Part shown: piece by piece, positions 24,025 through 37,116 of the stretch
Layout of the letters: the number at the start of each line of letters is the position of its first letter
How positions within the stretch are numbered: position 1 is the stretch's first letter
Assembly: GCF_000143415.4 (NCBI RefSeq)
Contig: NW_003314283.1
Coordinates: 1,863,228 to 1,927,227 of the forward strand
Direction: 5' to 3'
DNA: 64,000 nucleotides
Origin: Selaginella moellendorffii
Taxonomy: Eukaryota; Plantae; Lycopodiophyta
Made by a program: the position numbers and the translations under genes
Notes under the pieces: model-generated
What the model was told of the DNA's origin: nothing
What the model saw: the letters and a program-made list of their open reading frames with translations, nothing else
The model's database searches: none

Positions 24025-27000
24025 TCAACCACTGTAGTCAGTGTAGGCCAGTTTTCCACCACAGCCACCTTCCTTAGATCCGTCTTGACACCCTTAGATG
24101 TCACAATATGGCCTAGATATTCCACCTCTGACTTTGCAAATTCACATTTGCTCTTCTTCGCATAAAGTTTGCTGTCACGAAGTAACAAAAGAACCTTGCG
24201 CAAATGCACCCTATGCTCCTCCATATTTTTGCTAAAAACAAGAATATCATCCAAGAAAATCTCCACAAAGTCATGAAGATAACGCCCAAATACCTTCGTC
24301 ATCAACCGAGTAAATGTGGCCGGTGCATTTGTCAAACCAAACGGCATAATTGTAAACTCAAAATGTCCGAAGCTTGTGTTGAATGCCGTCTTGGAGATAG
24401 ATGCATCATCCATTGCAATCTGATGATATCCACTCCTGAGATCAATCTTGGTAAACACTCGTGCTTCACCAAGTTTGTCCAGGATATCATCCACACGTGG
24501 CATCGGCATCTTGTCCTTCACTGTCTTCTTGTTTAAAGCACGGTAGTCAATACACATCCGCATTGAACCATCTTTCTTCTTCACAAGCAAGACTGGAGCA
24601 CCAAACGGAGACTTACTTAGCTGAATAAATCCAAACTCAAGTAACTCCTTGACTTGTCGTTGAACTTCTTGCTCCTCCGCATAACTTAACCGGAATGGAC
24701 GCCAGTAAATGGGCTGTGTCCCCGGCTGCAATGTAATCCCATGCTCCACACCTCGTAATGGAGGCAATCCATGAGGAAGTTCAGATGGAAAAACATCAGA
24801 AAACTCATCAAGTACATCCCGTACTGCTGCTTCTCCCCCATACGTGCCTTGGTCCCCCAAGTCACGAACAAACAGCAAGTAACTTGAAAGTGCTTTTCCA
24901 TTACGACAAGCCCACTTCAAAGATGTAGCAGAGAGCATAACAACTGGTGGTTGAACACCCTCGCCAAACCACACATCTTTAACGCCACCGTACTCCAGCG
25001 AGATATGCTTAATGCTCCACTTTATCTCTAGATCCACCTTCACCAACCATGGCATCCCAAGAATGAGATCCACACGATGGATATCTGCGAGATAAAAAGT
25101 CTCCACAAGTGTGGTTTTGCCAACGAACACTTCCAGCCCCTCGACACAAGCATCGAAATGCTGAGCAGAGGTAGCCGCACCTTCCACTGTGTATGGAAGA
25201 ACTCCACGTGTGTTCAGGCAATGCTCCGCAACAAACTTTGCCGAAACAAAGTTGTCATCGCTCCCACTATCCAGTAAAATCCGCACTGGATCGCCACGGA
25301 ACACGCCCTCCAGCATTAAAGCTGATTCACGCGTATCCTCAAGCTCCATCTTGTTCCACACATAGTTGAGTTGACGAGCAACGATCGAAAGTCGCTTCCT
25401 CCGACCGGAATGGTCATTCTCCTCATCCTCACGCTGCAAAGTTTGCAACTTTTTAGTAACTGACTTACCGTGAGAAGATGATTGGCCATTCTTCTTGTCC
25501 TGCTGCTTGTTCTTCAACTACGGACAATCAGCCTTGTAGTGTCCAAGTTCGCCGCAATGATGACAACCCTGTCTATAATTCTTCACAAATAACTTCTGCT
25601 TCTTGGACCAGCATCTAAAGTAGTCACCACCGACTTCAACTTGTGATGCTTGTTCCCATCCTTGTGTCCACGGTGATCATCACGACGATTCTCGACAGAA
25701 GGACTCCGCGAACGCTTGCAAGACTTGTGCTTGTCATTGTCAAGTCAACGAGCCATCAAAGAGCTCCTCCAAACTCTTTGTAGGCTGAGAATGACACAAG
25801 TGTTGCTGCATGCTCTCACTATGTAGGCCATCAATGAAGTAGGACTTGTTCTGATCTGGATCCTTCGTTGGAACACGACTAATCAAGCGAGTAAGCTTCT
25901 CAATATAATCCCCAAGCATCATTTTCCCTTGCTGGAAATGGTGAAGTTCTGTATGAGCATTCTCCACATCGTAATGAGGGGCAAAATGTAAACGGAAAGC
26001 AGCCTCAAACTCATCCATGGTAGACACTGGTGGTTTCTTATCCGCAACACGGGACTCCTCAAGCCAATTCCACCATTGAAGACCTGCATCACGCAAAACC
26101 ATCGGAATAGCCACTAAAGCCTCTGCATCTGGAGTTCCTCTAGCAGCCAAGAACTTCTTCACATTGGCTAGCCAAGCGAGACACTCGTCCACACCACCAT
26201 CACCGGAAAAAGTTGGAATCTTGAGTCGATCTACCAAAGAAGGCTTACTTGGAGCGCTACCCCATCCAGCCTCGAGTGCCTCAACCTGCCCATGCATGGT
26301 ATCCATCATGCCATGCATCTCGTCTTGTATCTCTTGCTGATTTCAGTTAAGGGCTCGCAACTCATGAACCACATCTTGAATGGTCCAAATCTCCGTAGGA
26401 TTCCAGCGTTCAGCTTGGTCGGCCATTGCAACCAACTGCTCCGATACCAATGTTAGGATCCTATCCCTTACACCCTAAGCCAATGGACTAAAGGGGTGAT
26501 CACTTGATTGCAGGGCCCTTTCTTTATCCTATTATCCTGACCTGGTGCCTAACAATATGATCGCAGACAATCATTCCCTAATAAAGGGAGAATTGTTAGG
26601 CACCAGATTAAGATAATAAAATAAAGAAAGGGCCTTGCAATCAAGTGATCACCCCTTTAGCCAATTGGCTTAAGGTGTAAGAGATAGGATCTTAACAGAT
26701 TGTGACTATTGATTTTTAGGGTTTTACAGTTAGGGTTTGAACAGGGAAAGGCAAGAGAAAAGTGTTTCAATCTCACAATGCACTTCAAGACACTCCTCAA
26801 TCAATATGATAGACACTCTCCAAGACACTCCTTAATCAATTGCTCCCAATGAATTGCCATCTCCTTGCTTTATTTCTTTCATTAGAGAAATAATGTTTTT
26901 TTTCTTGATTTTTGTTTTCTCTTGAACAATAGAAAGGATGGAGATGTCAGTTCTTGTATAAACTTACATCTCCTAGCATTCTATTTTGTTTTTTATTCAG

Positions 27001-27499
27001 TTTTTTACCCATCTTGGTCTTATTATTTCTTTTTATTTTCTTGTTGAAACATTGATTCACAAGTGAACCAATATCTCCCTATCATTGTTTTTCCTATAGG
27101 TGAACTTTCCTTGTTTTTATCTTATATCTGGGGGTGAGATTCTTATATTTTAAAAAATAGGGAGAGATAGAGACATCAATTCTTGTGTGAACCAACATCT
27201 TCAAGGATATTGTGATGTTTTTTTCATGATTTTAAAGACTTGACAGTACATTTCTCATGGAAATGGGAGGGTGGAAGATCTCAATTCTCATGCGAACCAA
27301 CTTCTCTCATATGTTTGTCATTTTTTCTTTTTCTTCGAGGCATCCCCGATCTCAAGAATTTTTTCTTTTTGAATATTAGAGAGGTAGGGTAAGGTTGGTT
27401 CTTATATGAACCTACCTCTCTTGGTGACTTGCATTTTTTTTCATTGTATTTCTTGTAGTTTACAATTGATTTTTAACTTCTTTTATTTATAAACGTTTC

Positions 27500-30310
27500 T
27501 TGTGAGAGCAGATATAAATCAAGCTTAATTGGCTAGAACTTCTAAGAGGGGACTTGAATTTATAATGAGACAAGTTTGCTTTACTTTACAAGCTAGACAT
27601 TATAGTATTTTAATTTTTATTTTAGAGGAAGCATCAGACCATAACAATGAGATGGATACTGAGACAAACAATCAAACTGGTTTTAATGATATTGTTATTA
27701 AGGTTGTTGGTACTAGTGCTCTTAATGCTGTGACTGCTAGTGGTAGGGTACTTATGCCTGATGGTGGTGGTGGTGGGGGAGCTGTGCCTTTGGCTGCTGA
27801 GGTTACTTATGGTGGGGTAAATAAGCCTATTGTAGGATATTGGTAGTGTGGTAGCTATATCTACTGTAAAGGCTATTAGAGGTGAAATTGTTTCTCGTAT
27901 TCATAAATTTTAAAAATTTGTGAAACATTTCATAAATCCCTCTCTATATAGGAACTAGTAAAGCATTGGAGGAGTTCATTTACAACATCTCCAAAAGAAA
28001 AATATCCTTTGCCAAACAAAGCTTTTACTTGGAACTTTTCAACACTTAGCTGCAAAATAATGAAAAATGTTGCAAGACAAGGATAAAGAAGGTAATGAAG
28101 GAGAAGGTATACATTTCTTAAAGTATTCTACTAGTGAGGAGATGTTGCAAGTCTAGAATGAGAAGTTTCTTTCTTACACTTGCATAGATATCACCCTCAA
28201 GAAATATATTCATGTTTGTCTTGTAGAGAGAAATAAGGAAGGTTGGCTTCCTTATGGTGGGATGAGTTTAGCCAAGTTCAAGAACTAATTAGGACAACCA
28301 TTTCTTATGAGGTGCATAGTTCAAGTATTTTCTTAATTCTTGTTTATATACTTATATTATTGTTTCACTTTATAGATATTTAAAATAATACCACAATGCA
28401 CCCGTATACATGGCTAATGTTTTGCATAGGCTCTTAACTAGAGGCAAGAATCTTATGATGTATAAGATAGAGTTCTATTATCCTTATATATATGAGAGGG
28501 AGTTATGCCTATGGTCCCTTCAACTTGTGGAGCAGATGTCAACATTAAACTTTAAGTTGGATCTCTATCTCAAATGTCATCTAGGTTTGCTTGAATCTCA
28601 GCGCTTAGCTAGGAAATATTAACCTTGAGTTATATTCTTCTTTTCTAAAGGCTCTTTTTAACCATGACGACAATGTTGTTGAAGTTCAACAACAAAACCA
28701 AGAATCCACACTTAGGAAATTGTTTAGGAGATGCCAAATCCAAATACCATTGAACTAAAGGAAATTGTACAAGAGATTCTAGCATAAGAGATTCCAGTGC
28801 ATGCTCCTCACAAGCTCCAAAAGGGCCATCATGAAACTTTCATAAGAGCAAGGACTTTGATTTAGAACTTTTTTTGTTATTATTCTTGACTTTGCTTTTT
28901 TTTTCATAGATGTAGAGAATAGCCACAAGTCTTCTTGGTAGACTAGAACATTCTTTCCATCCCTCCTTATGGCTATAGACAACAACCTAAAAGAGCTCTC
29001 TTTCACAGCTATGCACAAAAGGGTTAGTAAGCATGAATTTTATCTCCAACTTCTAACTCTAATAATTTTTTTTTTAGGTTTGCCCTCTATCCCTAACAGC
29101 CAATGCTGGGGAAGTTGCTATTCTCATTGGGGATTACATGTGACTTCTAGATGCTATTAATCAAGAGCTCTACATGCTTGATTAGTGGATCCATGGTCTA
29201 GGTCAACTCACACTTTATAAGAAGATTGATTTCATCTTCTTCAATCTTTTTAATAGGATGCACCACCCCATGGGGATACTCTTTCATAGAATGTGTTGCA
29301 AGCTCAATACATTTCCCAAATCTTATAGGTTGCAAGCAGCTTCATGACACACAAGGGTGTGATTGTCATAATCCTTAATGTGGGAAAGCCTTCTTAAATA
29401 GCCATGTTGAGGACATAGGCTAAACGCACCTAGTGACTCTGCATAAGATGGCAAACTGGAATATGAAGATTTTCTTGCACACTTGGTTAACAATGATTAC
29501 AAATGTGACTTCTTTATTTACAAATTAACTCTTTTCTATTTGTTTTGCTAGGTTTATTCTTGGGATTACCATGCTCTATGCCATATTGGGAACTGTCAGA
29601 AGGCCACATGAGCTGACAAGTGTGTTGCTCTTTCTTTATTAGGACATAACAGCTCTATAGACATAATCCTGAAATTGATTGACTCAGAGGTTCTTCATCC
29701 ATCATTCCCTTGCTATCAACACTGTTCGGTCATGACCATGCAGATCTTGTTGGAGTTCCAAATGAGATTGTGCTTGAGAAGGAGAGTGCCTTTGAGGATA
29801 TTCTTAGGAGATTTTGCAATAGGTGATATTAGTGTTTGAAATAATCTATAATATTTATTCTAAAATATTTCTATGTTATTAGATCCACCCTTATCACATG
29901 TCTTGATGATGTGGAAGTTCATATGGACCAAAGTCAATTCCACTTACCTATTTATGCTGAATGCATGGCACAACATTTTATGCAACATGAGCCAATAGTA
30001 AAGGAGCATTCCGCTATACCCATTCCTGCATTTTTGGACATAGAAGCAAAAAAAGACTAAATATTTCTGATTTTAATAATAATTATATTGTTTAATAAAT
30101 TATTTTCTTTCTTTGTAGACAAAAAGACTAGTTAGTGTCAAACCAATAACCTGTGTAAGCTTTTGGAATACCTTAAACACATAAATTTTAACCTAAAAAA
30201 TCTTGGTTTACGATGAACTAAGTGCGTAACTTTAGCTAATTAGGGGACTGTATTAACTTCCTTTAACTTTCATTGACTTGAGCTCAACTCAAAAACTACT
30301 CAGCCCCCCC
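27500..30310 (+). mobile_element. Decayed putative DNA transposon with MTase-like gene (copy C) and terminus
   Basis: 29250-29760 aligns with 3580-4105, including the intron; KIDFIFFNL near 29221 resembles motif IV context; 30040-30310 matches 4185-4468. Left boundary uncertain. Confidence 0.55.
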
Positions 30311-30319
30311 CAACCCCAA

Positions 30320-33300
30320 CCCCAAAATGGTTCAATAACACCTTAGGGAATTCCTTCAAAATTGGATCCTAAACTTCAATATCTTTCTTATACTTCCCCC
30401 CAAGAGATGCACTTTAGACTTCATTTGTATTAGTAATCTTGGGAAGAATGGTTTTATGATAGGAAGCCAAGGATGGATTGAGAGTGCAATGTTTTGCATA
30501 TCGAAGTTTGTGGCATTGTGAAAGAGATTGTCCAAACATACAATAATAGTGATACTCCATTGATTAATGTTTTTGAGTTGGTGAAGTGCACACATAAAAT
30601 AGTTACGCATTTCTTTCTAATATGATCATGTCTCATTTGGTGTACGTTTATGGTGGGGTTTATATGAAGTGCATTCAAGAGGAGTTCCATGACATTTTTC
30701 TGGGTGAGTTGCATGATGATTTACCCTCAGAACATAGAATTCAACATGAGATCAACTTTGTTCCTAGAGCTATTCCTTATTATTGATAGCCAGACTTATA
30801 CTATTCTTGCTAAAAATAAGGAGATCAATAGGCAACTTATTGAGTAACTTTGGAAATAGTGGTTATGGATAAGTAAGTTTCCTTGGGCTTCTTTAGTGGT
30901 GAAGGGATTGAATGATGAAGAACATATTACTAATCCCTCGTATTGATTATTTTCTTATTTGTCTTCATAGTGCTCAATACTTTATAAAGATTCATTTGAG
31001 GCAACATATCATCATATTTCTGTTAAGCTGAAAGATGTTCCAAAGACTACATTCTGAACAAGGACAGGTCACTACAAGTTTTTGTAATGCTGTTTGGTTT
31101 GACAAAAGTTTCTAAAACTTTTCAAAGGTGATGAATCAAATTTTACAACCTTACTTGAGGATGTTTACTATTGATTTCTTGATGATATTCTTGTGTTCAG
31201 CTTTATAGTGGAGGAATATGACATGCATATGTAAAAGTTTTTTGCAACATTTGAGGGACAACAAACTCTACTTAAAGTTATCCCAAGTGCAAGTTTTTCT
31301 TAGAGAAAATTGGATATCTTGGGCATTTGATTTAGTACATAGTGTGAGAGTTAATCCCACAAAAATTCAAGTTATGCTTGATTGGCCTATACCTTTAATA
31401 GTGCATGATCTCTTTGGTATGGCTAGAGTTTTTCGACAATTTGTGAAAGACTTCTCAAAAATATCTACTCTTTTGGTCAATCTTTTTTAGAACATATTGA
31501 AATTCATAGTTGGGATGAGAAGTGTCAAATATCATTTTAGTGATTGAAGCAATGTTGAGTCTTTTGAAGATTTTTAATCCTAAAAACTCTTTTGTGATCG
31601 AGACAAATTAAAGTGACATTGCTATTAGAGACATATTGCTTCAAGTTGGGCATCCTCTCACATACATAAGCCATAATTCTGATGCCACATAGTGAAATTG
31701 GCCTACTTGAAATAAGGAGTTGTATGCCGTGATTGTTATTTTGAAGAAATAGTGATATTATATGTATGGATGTGGACTCAAACCATCAATCTCTCCAATA
31801 TTTCAGTCATCAAAAAGATCTTCAAGGCCAATTTACTTATTGACAAGAGTTCTTGTAGAAGATATTTGTTAAGATCTAGTGGTGCTAACATATTATCCAA
31901 GATGATGAATTCTATCTCATTTAAAAAGCTATCCAACAATCTCTTAGATGAGTTTAAAGAGTTTGTTAACTTTAACTCTTTTATCACTTTATTGAGGGAC
32001 ACCTCTACAAATTTGAAGGGTGATAAGTTTGTGTCATTTGAGGTACAAAATAGAATCTTGGTAAAGAAAGGATGTGTAGTGGTTCTTTATGTTAACAAAC
32101 TCATCAAATGGATCTTAGTTTAGTGTCATGCAATGGTACTGAAGACATATATATTGGTGAAGAGGCATTTTTTTGGCTTGGGATGAAGTCAAGTGTTGAG
32201 AAGTACATACATAGTTATTTGACTTACCAGGAAATCAAAGTTGATCATCAAAAGTTCACAAGCCTCTATTATCCTCCACATCTACCCAAAAAAAAATAGG
32301 ATAACATCTCAATGGACTTTATCATTAGTTTGTCCTTAGTCCTTTCAAAGAAATGATGTTATTTAGGCTATTATTGATTATTTGATGAATATGGCTACCT
32401 ACTCCCCAAAACCCAAAGCCAAAACCCTATCTCCCCAACTTATCACCCTAGTGGTCAAGTTGGCCAAAACCCAAATAAAGAGGAGTAAACAAAGGTTTAT
32501 TTTGTGGCAATATCTACTGCTGCCATTGCTGTTGGTATTGCCATATCACTACCCCATGCTTGAGACCAAATAATCTGTGCCACATTACTTAGCACTGCAT
32601 TGTGTTTGGTGCTTGTGGCTTTGGCTTTAGGGAGAGCAAGTTAGCTGTAGATGGGTGGCAATCAGTGGGAAACATGGCTCACTTCTTCCCAATGAAGATA
32701 AAAATTAAAACTTCTAAACTTATTTAGGTATTTGTAGACTGATTATTCAATCTCTAAGGCAAACCTTAATGGTCCCACTCTCTAGGAAAATACAACAGCC
32801 TTGATTGCTATAGGCTTAGTTGATGGAGTGGAGATCCATCCTAAGTATCCAATGAAGTTTCTGCTGGTTGTGTTGAAGGAGGCAATGAGGTTTACTCCTA
32901 AGTCACATCTAAGTTTTAGAAAATGGTTTTTGATAAGCTATAAACTAAGCTAAGCATGAGCATGGTGAGCATCTATAATCAGATGGGTAGATAGAGCTTA
33001 TAAATCAATTGTTGGAAGATATGCTTATGAGAAACTTGAGTCAATAAGGAGTATGGAAAAAATACTTGCCTTTACTCCAGTTTATTCATAATAGCGCTCA
33101 TCAATCAGCTATTGGCATGTTTCTATTCATGTATGTATCCCATGAGTTTGAGTTTGGCTATGGTTCAAATGCCTCATACTTGTGATTTCTTAGAGGATAT
33201 GGAAAACAAACTTGAGTTGGCAAAGTTGATTGTGAGATAAGCTCAAGAATGAGAGAAGAGACTGATTCATAAACATCATCTTCATAGGAGTATAAAATTG

Positions 33301-33400
33301 GTGACAAGGTCTTCCTTAAGCTATTGCATGCACAATAATCTTTGAAAGGAGGTGGCAGTGTTAAATTATCTCCATACTATTGTGAGCACTAGATAATTTC
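30320..33400 (+). mobile_element. Old, heavily decayed Ty3/gypsy pol remnant
   Basis: Remnants of RIQHEI, FLDDILVFS, RNase H and ISMDFI integrase motifs with many stops; AT-rich. Confidence 0.7.
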
Positions 33401-34777
33401 ATAGCCATTTATCACAATATCGGTGTTGTTGTTTGTACATCTTTTCTCCATGGTTATATTGCTTTGGATTCCCATCACATAAGGCTTATTTAGCTTCTAA
33501 AGGCTACTATATGTAGCTTTTTCATAAGGGATAGAAGAATGACACAAAAAACAATAATATTGGCCTAGGGGATTTAAGGCAACACCTTAAGAGTTGGGAG
33601 GTTGGAGCTTGTAAAGAATTTATTTGGTTTGCAGCAACCCTATAGTCGTTTTGAGGAAATGTCCTATAGGGACTAATACAAATAAATTGCTATGCGTTGC
33701 ATGTAGCAACGCTTGGTTTGCTTAATGGTAGTTTTATTATTACTTATTAATCTAATTGATCAAATAAAGTTTATAATTATAAGCATGTTTATAATTTATA
33801 AACACAAGATTAATCTTATTGCATATCAACCATTAGATGATAGAATAAAAAAGAATATACTAGAAAGGGTTTAAGAAAATTTATAATTTATAAACATGTT
33901 TATAAATTATAAATACCAGATTAATCTAAATGAATACCAACCGTTAGATGGTAGAATATCCTAGAATATCCAAGCATATTCTAGATATATTCAGTCCCAG
34001 CAAACCAAAAACCAGATGTACTGCCCTCTGGAGAGAACTACCTAGTGAAGCAAAAGCAGGCCTAAACTTGCAATGAGAATGGCTGTAGTACTGTGTCCAG
34101 GACGACATCCCATCTATGCAGACCTGTGAACACTCTGGCTGTTTTGACCTGGCAAAGTCTGAGCCAAAACCAAAGGTAGGAGGTCCTATGTCTCATAGAT
34201 TCCTCCAATCAAGAACCTAGTGAGCTAAACAGATTGTTTAGGGATGCGCTGTTTCCAGAGGTCAGCTGTGAGCTACAATCAAAGCTCTATAAATCACTCT
34301 GAGTGCAACACTCATCTACACAATTAAACATTTTAAACATTCCTAAATGCTTCAAGAGGCATGAGACTACTGTTGTCATCCTCTTCCTTTTATAGCCGTC
34401 TCTCAACATATCTCATTTGTCTCTTATTGAGGATTCTTCCTGCCTGGATCAAGGGAATATGTGTGCATCTCCATGTCATGCCATAAATACTGCATCGATC
34501 AAAACTCAACTTCAACTATTTCCAGTCTAGATGGTAAATGCTAGCTGGGGCAAGAGATCATCACCTAGTGGATAATAAATCTGGGAATTGAAGCACAGAA
34601 TCTGTATAGACATTGGCCATGAAACCCTCTCTTGTTCTTAGGTTTTGAGACTGATTTAAAAGGCCTTTTCTTATGTGCATTGAGGCTAGGTAAAGATAAC
34701 TCCTCAAACATTAAAGACAATACAATAAAGTTGTGGTATGAAGCTAATCCTGATTTAATCAATGAGTAAGAGCCAAT

Positions 34778-34814
34778 TTAGAGCCTCAGCTTTTTCCTAT
34801 TCGGTTCCATATAG

Positions 34815-34857
<43 letters not shown>

Positions 34858-36550
34858 CATCATCATCCTCTTTCTCTTCCACTTTGATTTGCTTAGCCTG
34901 TGGAAGTCCCAGAAGATATTTGTCATGCTCTTGCAGCATCCGCAGCCCTTCCCCAACACCCAGTGACCAGTTGACACCTTCATGGTTGATGAAACTGGGA
35001 TACAACGACCCAGGCAAGCCTTCCTCCTTGGCCCAGTCGAAATCTATGAAACGCACCTCAAGCTGCCCATTCGTCATCTTCACCATGACATTGCTGTCCC
35101 GCATGTCACCATGAACGCCATAAGTCGTTCCACCCTTCCACTTCCGCACTTCAACCTTGTGTGCCTTTGCCAGATTGGAAACAACTTCGTCTCTGAGGTT
35201 ATCCGCCTCCGGGAGGCCATACAAGAGCTTCCAACCGTCTTCTTCCGGGAGCCATTCCATCCTCACTTCAAGCCAGCCTCCCCCAACCTGTTTTAAGGAG
35301 AGAAGCTTTGGCGCAAGTCCTGCCTCACCCCACGCCCTATGAACATCAGCCCCGTAGTCCTGCTGACAATACTTGATGACACAATCTTCTCCAGGCTTCT
35401 TCAGAATGTAGACCCGCTTGTGCTCACATGCCAGATCCACCCTGACCCCCGGCTTCACTGCTTCACGATGCAGCAGCCCTGGAATCCTCCTCCTAAACAG
35501 CTCACGCCTCTTGGAGGACGGTCCTTTCTTGCAATTTCGATCGCCCCAATTCCCGTAGAAAGTTATCAGCCTTGCGACTGCAGCTTTGATTGCCATGCAA
35601 GTCCTCACACCATCCATCGCTAGCGACACATCATGTCCGTGGAGCAGAGCGAGATAAGCGGACGCCAATGGCTGATAGCAAATCTTGTCCTTTTTCTCAC
35701 CACCATCACCTGAATATTCAAAGTAAAAGTATATGAAAACCGCATGAATGGAATGCTCACCTGCTGGCAACGTGATAACCCCTCCAACTAAGAGCAGCTG
35801 ACCAATGTGTTGAACGATGAGAGCTGGTAAGCAGGTGTCAGACATAAGCGCCTTCACACCCCTCCGTGCTGCGTTCCAGTTGAGCTCGTAGTTGGTGACA
35901 GCCTGCATCAGTGGTTCAGTGTGGCTCGTCGATGTTCCTCGCTTCACTTCTTTAAGTAGCACGAGAGCATCGTGAAGAGGATCCCAAGTCCAAAGATCTG
36001 TCGTGTGCTTATTACAAGAACCTGTGTACATCTCGTCGACAACGTTCACCTCGAGGTACCCCCGCCATATTTGCCGCAGTTCGGTCCTCAGGTCGCTCTC
36101 GTGGTCGTAGAAAGTGGAGCAGGCAGTTACCAAGTCATTGAAGTGCATGTAGTCGGCCATGGTGGGATCAGGCAATTCTCCCCTCAAGTCGCTGATAAAA
36201 CGTCCAAAGACTTTGTGCATCAGCTGTAACGGTAATGGGGGTACCGCAGTGGCAGGCATGAAGCTGAGAACCTGCGGATCTGGCACCATCTGTCTTGCCA
36301 TGACAACGTTGTAGCCCTGGCTTGAAGGAGAGCAACACGGATTTGACAAACTTGTATTGCCAATGTATGTGTAATCCCCATCAGGGAGAAGTTCATCAGG
36401 GGCAAGGAAGATCTTGCCACTAGAGGAATACACACATGGGGGGCTTTCGTTGCATTCCCCGAACTTACGGCCTAGAACCTGCAGAATCGCTCCAAGCGTA
36501 CAGCCGCTGCCGAATTCGAGCGCCTTCCCTTTGCAAGTGATTGTCGCCAT
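34778..36550 (-). CDS. Crinkler/RHS-type protein: N-terminal Ubl-like header, PD-(D/E)xK REase-like domain, protein kinase-like domain, acidic tail, NLS
   Basis: Open frame from ATG 36550; probable 51-nt in-frame intron 35710-35760; PLQLMHKVFGRF, TD..EVK..Q REase-like motifs; VIKY, GLAPKL, VHGDMRDSNVMV, IDFDWA kinase motifs; C-terminal RKKLRL. Confidence 0.75.
34814..34868 (-). repeat. (GAT)n microsatellite encoding poly-Asp tail
   Basis: TCA repeat run on + strand. Confidence 0.9.
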
Positions 36551-37116
36551 GACTGCCCTAAACCTAATTGTGCGGTGGTGATTAAAAGGAATATGCCTCA
36601 ACGTTTCTTTTCGTCACCTAATCAGTCAACTATGGTATAAAGGTTTTCACAAAAAAAAAGAAAATATTTTGTGATGGCTATCCATAGTGGTTTATAAAAA
36701 CAAAGTTCATTAGAACAAAAGCAAAGTTCATCGTTGTGACTGCCAAGGTGGAGCTGTCGACCTGAATTGCCAGGGAGCTGGTACTCTGTACTAGGAAGGA
36801 GGTGCTAAAAGTACTTCCTTTCCTTCAACCTCGTGGATTAAAATAATTTCCAGCTTTGTAAAAGGTTGGAAACACTGGAAGTGCACCAGAAAACATGATG
36901 TACTTCCAGTTTTTTGCAAAAACCCATATTAATAAACCCTAGACTATGGCTTCTTCTTTCATGGCAAGATGGGTGCAGGTTTGAGTGCAGCGACCCGGGC
37001 ATCTGGATCACAGCCTCCTTGAAGTAGCATCTTCCCGAACAGCTCCAGAGCCATTCTAGCGTCCCCACCTCATGGCAGTATGGCTACATGTTAGGCACCA
37101 GGTCAGGATAATAGGA

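Larger units (their letters stand above)
21115..26426 (-). pseudogene. Ty3/gypsy gag-pol (gag, CCHC knuckle, PR, RT, RNase H, INT), disrupted
   Basis: LLDSGS protease, FLDDILVF RT, TCDAS/TDHKPL RNase H, SMDF/ISDRD/TDGQTE integrase, GPY..IHPVF; split by the Cassandra array and by stops. Confidence 0.95.
20518..26554 (-). mobile_element. Chimeric TRIM-B/Ty3 insertion: TRIM LTR-PBS-Ty3 gag-pol-Ty3 LTR-PBS-TRIM internal-TRIM LTR
   Basis: TRIM LTRs 26451-26554 and 20518-20621 (1 mismatch); Ty3 LTR-A 20808-21040; TSD GTATG/ATATG. Confidence 0.85.
20273..26697 (+). mobile_element. Older TRIM-B element, host of nested insertions
   Basis: LTRs 20273-~20383 and ~26594-26697; PBS TGGTATCGGAGC; TSD GATTG at 20268-20272 and 26698-26702; internal domain split at GTATG. 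Confidence 0.85.

Noticed and set aside
26714-26740. Telomere-like TTAGGGTTT pair
   Set aside because: Two isolated telo-box-like copies; too short to call an interstitial telomere.
34786-34983. Poly-Met ORF
   Set aside because: Alternate frame of the GAT microsatellite.
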